Shown: one piece after another, positions 61,425 through 64,000 of the stretch
Numbering within the stretch: the first letter of the stretch is position 1
Layout: every line of letters begins with the position of its first letter
Sequence record: OR352948.1
DNA from: Escherichia phage AV118
DNA: 64,000 bases
Strand: one strand, 5' to 3'
Translations under genes and position numbers: made by a program
The notes under the pieces: model-generated
What the model was told of the DNA's origin: nothing
The model's input: the letters and a program-made list of their open reading frames with translations, nothing else
The model's database searches: none

Positions 61425-62351
61425 ATGTCAGGTTATAATGCACAAAACCCTAAAGAATTAAAGGACGTAATATTACGTCGTTTAGGCGCTCCTATTGTAA
61501 ATGTTGAATTAACTACAGACCAAATTTATGATTGTATTTCACGAGCGTTAGAACTTTATGGCGAATACCATTTTGACGGGTTGAATAAAGGTTTCCATGT
61601 ATTTTTTGTTGATGACGAAGAAAAATACCGTCACGGCGTATTTGATATGCGTGGTTCTAACGTATTTGCTGTAACAAGAATTATAAGAACAAATGTTGGC
61701 TCTATTACTTCAATGGATGGTAATGCAACTTATCCATGGTTCACTGATTTCCTTTTAGGAATGGCTGGTGTTTCAGGTGGTATGGGTAGTAATTGTGGTA
61801 AATTCTACGGACCGAACGCTTTTGGCGCTGACCTCGGGTATTATTCTCAATTAGTATCTTATATGGGTATGCTTCAAGATATGATTGCTCCTCTTCCAGA
61901 TTTTTGGTTTAACTCTGCAAACGAGCAATTAAAAGTAATGGGTAACTTTAGACAGAAAGATGTCATTATCGTTGAATCGTATGTTCGCTCTTATATCGAG
62001 ACCCATAAGATGGTAGGAAATACAGTAGGGTACGGTCAGGTTGGTCCTCGTGATTCATGGTCTATTTCTGAACGTTATGATAATCCAGACCATAATTTGG
62101 TCGGGCGTCGAGTTGGTGAAGATCCTGCAACTAAACAAGGCGCATATAACAACCGCTGGGTTAAAGATTATGCAACTGCATTAGCTAAAGAGCTTAATGG
62201 ACAAATTCTTGCTAAACATCAAGGTATGATGTTACCGGGTGGCGTCACTGTTGATGGTGTTCGATTAATTGAAGAAGCTCGTTTAGAGAAAGAAGCTTTA
62301 CGAGAAGAGTTATATTTACTGGACCCTCCTGCAGGTATTTTGGTAGGTTAA
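61425..62351 (+). CDS. 13: Neck protein gp13
   Basis: 308 aa; size and order as T4 gp13. Confidence 0.85.
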   Translation: MSGYNAQNPKELKDVILRRLGAPIVNVELTTDQIYDCISRALELYGEYHFDGLNKGFHVFFVDDEEKYRHGVFDMRGSNVFAVTRIIRTNVGSITSMDGNATYPWFTDFLLGMAGVSGGMGSNCGKFYGPNAFGADLGYYSQLVSYMGMLQDMIAPLPDFWFNSANEQLKVMGNFRQKDVIIVESYVRSYIETHKMVGNTVGYGQVGPRDSWSISERYDNPDHNLVGRRVGEDPATKQGAYNNRWVKDYATALAKELNGQILAKHQGMMLPGGVTVDGVRLIEEARLEKEALREELYLLDPPAGILVG

Positions 62352-62352
62352 T

Positions 62353-63117
62353 ATGGCAACTTATGATAAAAATCTTTTCGCCAAGCTAGAAAATCGTGGT
62401 GGGTATTCTCAGACAAATGAGACCGAAATCCTCAATCCATTTATCAATTTTAATAATTATGAGAATAGTCAGACATTAGCCGATGTTCTAGTGGCAGAAA
62501 GCATACAGATGCGCGGTATTGAATGTTTTTATGTTCCACGTGAATATGTTGCCGTGGACCTTATCTTTGGTGAGGACCTTAAAAATAAATTTACTAAAGC
62601 ATGGAAATTTGCTGCATATCTGAACTCTTTTGAAGGTTATGAAGGAGCGAAATCGTTCTTCAGCAACTTCGGAATGCAAGTTCAAGACGAAGTTACATTA
62701 TCTATTAACCCGGGTCTTTTCAAACACCAGGTCAACAATCAGGAGCCCAAGGAAGGTGATTTAATATACTTCCCAATGGACAACAGTTTGTTTGAGATTA
62801 ACTGGGTTGAACCATATGACCCATTCTATCAAGTAGGTAAAAATGCGATTCGTAAAATTACTGCAGGCAAGTTTATTTACTCTGGCGAAGAAATCAATCC
62901 GGTGCTTCAGAAAAATGAAGGTATCAATATACCTGAATTTAGTGACTTGGAACTTAACCCTGTTAGAAATCTTGACGGTATCCATGACATTAATATCGAT
63001 GAATATTCTGAAGTTGAGCAAATCAATTCAGAGGCAAGTGAATACGTTGAGCCGTATGTAGTAGTTAACAACCGTGGTAGACAAAATTCACCGTTTGACG
63101 ACGGATTTATGAATTAA
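62353..63117 (+). CDS. 14: Neck protein gp14
   Basis: 254 aa; size and order as T4 gp14. Confidence 0.85.
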   Translation: MATYDKNLFAKLENRGGYSQTNETEILNPFINFNNYENSQTLADVLVAESIQMRGIECFYVPREYVAVDLIFGEDLKNKFTKAWKFAAYLNSFEGYEGAKSFFSNFGMQVQDEVTLSINPGLFKHQVNNQEPKEGDLIYFPMDNSLFEINWVEPYDPFYQVGKNAIRKITAGKFIYSGEEINPVLQKNEGINIPEFSDLELNPVRNLDGIHDINIDEYSEVEQINSEASEYVEPYVVVNNRGRQNSPFDDGFMN

Positions 63118-63169
63118 TAAATAGATAAGATAAAGCAAACACCGGTCGAAAGGCCGGTTAGGAGAAATG

Positions 63170-63991
63170 ATGTTTGGCTATTTTTACAACTCGTCGTTCA
63201 GGCGATATATCACAATGATGGGCGATTTGTTTTCAAATATCCAAGTTAACCGTCAATTGTCTACAGGCAATAAATTAATTAGGGTTCCTATTACGTATGC
63301 ATCTAAAGAGCACTTTATGATGAAACTTAATAAATGGACCTCTATAAACTCACAAGAAGATGTGGCTAAAGTCGAAACTATTCTACCACGTATAAATCTC
63401 CAAATGGTAGATTTCGTTTATAACCCAACGTTTAAAACGAATATATTGAATAACTCTCTTTTGAGTAAATCGACTAAGGATATTGTAGACCAATACAACC
63501 CATCACCAATTAAAATGATTTTTGAACTGAGCATCTTTACTCGTTATGAAGATGATATGTTCCAAATCGTTGAGCAAATTATTCCATATTTTCAGCCGCA
63601 TTTTAATACGACTATGATTGAGCAATATGGGCAGGATATTCCATTTGAAAGGGATATTAAAGTCGTATGGATGTCAGCAGCAATGGATGAACAAATAGAC
63701 GGTGATAATTTATCCCGTCGACGTTTAGAGTGGTCATTAACATTTGAAGTAAATGGATGGATGTATCCTCCGGTAGGCGCAGCCGAAGGCCTTATTAAAA
63801 CGACTTATCTTGATTTTCATGCTAATGAACGAGACCTTCAAACAGCCGCCAGTGTTTTTGAATCAGTTGATACAGAAATTAAACCGAGAGACGTTGAAGC
63901 ACAAGATTGGAATGGTGAAGTTGAACAAACTTATACTCATGATATTCCAATCCCGACTCCACCAACCCCTCCTGGTCCTAGAAAACAATAA
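63170..63991 (+). CDS. 15: Tail sheath stabiliser/terminator gp15
   Basis: MFGYFYNSSFRRY... matches recalled T4 gp15; ends at PPGPRKQ. Confidence 0.85.
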   Translation: MFGYFYNSSFRRYITMMGDLFSNIQVNRQLSTGNKLIRVPITYASKEHFMMKLNKWTSINSQEDVAKVETILPRINLQMVDFVYNPTFKTNILNNSLLSKSTKDIVDQYNPSPIKMIFELSIFTRYEDDMFQIVEQIIPYFQPHFNTTMIEQYGQDIPFERDIKVVWMSAAMDEQIDGDNLSRRRLEWSLTFEVNGWMYPPVGAAEGLIKTTYLDFHANERDLQTAASVFESVDTEIKPRDVEAQDWNGEVEQTYTHDIPIPTPPTPPGPRKQ

Positions 63992-64000
63992 GAGGTAAAT

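Overview
This window is a contiguous segment of a T4-like (Tevenvirinae-type) myophage genome, colinear with T4 from gene 62/44 through gene 15. Coordinates 1-45696 are almost entirely minus-strand early/middle genes: clamp loader and clamp (62, 44, 45), rpbA, recombination nuclease 46/47, late sigma factor 55, anaerobic RNR nrdD/nrdG plus nrdH and nrdC, endonuclease VII (49), the nrdC.x block of unknown-function genes, rI, tk, a macro-domain protein, regB, a GrcA-like glycyl-radical cofactor, denV, lysozyme e, nudE, a small tRNA region, 57B (Acb1-like), 57A and genes 1, 3, 2, 4. From 45758 onward the plus strand carries late baseplate, tail and neck genes 53, 5, 5.1, 5.4, 6-12, wac, 13, 14, 15. 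Accessory content includes three free-standing Seg-like homing-endonuclease-like genes, six internal-protein-like genes with a capsid-targeting N-terminus, a tandem array of three small paralogs sharing a C-terminal motif, and at least 16 copies of a promoter/stem-loop cassette upstream of early genes. No alpha-glucosyltransferase gene is present between 47 and 55, and nrdD is uninterrupted. All calls rest on reading the supplied ORF translations and sequence, and on recalled T4 protein sequences and gene order; no database search was run.
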